A stretch of 64,000 nt of DNA from Octopus vulgaris. Its lineage: Eukaryota. Below, piece by piece: positions 63,563 through 64,000 of the stretch (positions within the stretch are counted from its first letter, which is position 1; each line of letters starts with the position of its first letter). Below the pieces are notes generated by a model, which had not been told where the DNA came from, did not search any database, and saw nothing but the letters and a program-made list of their open reading frames with translations. A program made the position numbers and the translations under genes. The stretch lies in contig OX597816.1 of NCBI GenBank assembly GCA_951406725.2, positions 173,600,001 through 173,664,000 on the forward strand. Direction: 5' to 3'.

Positions 63563-64000
63563 TTAAATAAAGTGGGGTTTTTCCCTTTGTACAATCAAAT
63601 GAAGCAGAATGATAATGCTATTTTCATATTAAACTTCATAAATATTAGAAACTAAAAACAATCTGTTCAAGCAGAGACCATACATATTATCAAAGGAAGA
63701 AATCTACATGGAGTAAATCTACACATGTAAGGAATTTAAGTTGATGTGAGGAAAAAAAGTATCCTGTTTAAGTTGCATATGTAAGAAAATCGAAGACAAT
63801 ACTCCTTCCTAAAGTTATATAAGCAAGGAAAGTCTAACATATATGAAAAATACAATATACAGAAAAAAAATATTCATACTGAAGTTATATACTGAATAGG
63901 TGCAAAGCAAGTGCATACAAAAATGTATGTACAATTTATAAATTGAATCTACAGCCTTGTCACGTACTTTGCAGTAATATACTGTATTCAAGAAAGGAAG

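Overview
AT-rich, microsatellite-dense animal DNA that is almost entirely intronic or intergenic. The repeat families (tRNA-derived SINEs with internal (TA)/(TG) tracts, RTE 3' tails ending in (GAT)n, Dong/R4 LINEs in (TAA)n) look like those of an Octopus (coleoid cephalopod) genome; this species call is recognition from memory, not a database result. No intact protein-coding gene is supportable, and most listed ORFs are microsatellite or SINE read-through. The window holds decayed LINEs (Tx1/L1-like, Dong/R4, HERO-like, RTE, CR1/Jockey-type APE), decayed DNA transposons (mariner, maT, hAT/ZMYM1-like, piggyBac, Tc1 and hAT MITEs), five copies of a non-autonomous Helitron, and the fossil 5' end of an autonomous Helitron. 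The most striking unexplained signal is a set of about six unrelated Penelope-type minimal hammerhead ribozyme motifs. Several sit in long inverted repeats, and one family (3 copies) has the catalytic C3-G8 pair swapped to G3-C8. A CpG-retaining domain at about 16.5-20.1 kb may be a promoter, with weak candidate + strand exons downstream.
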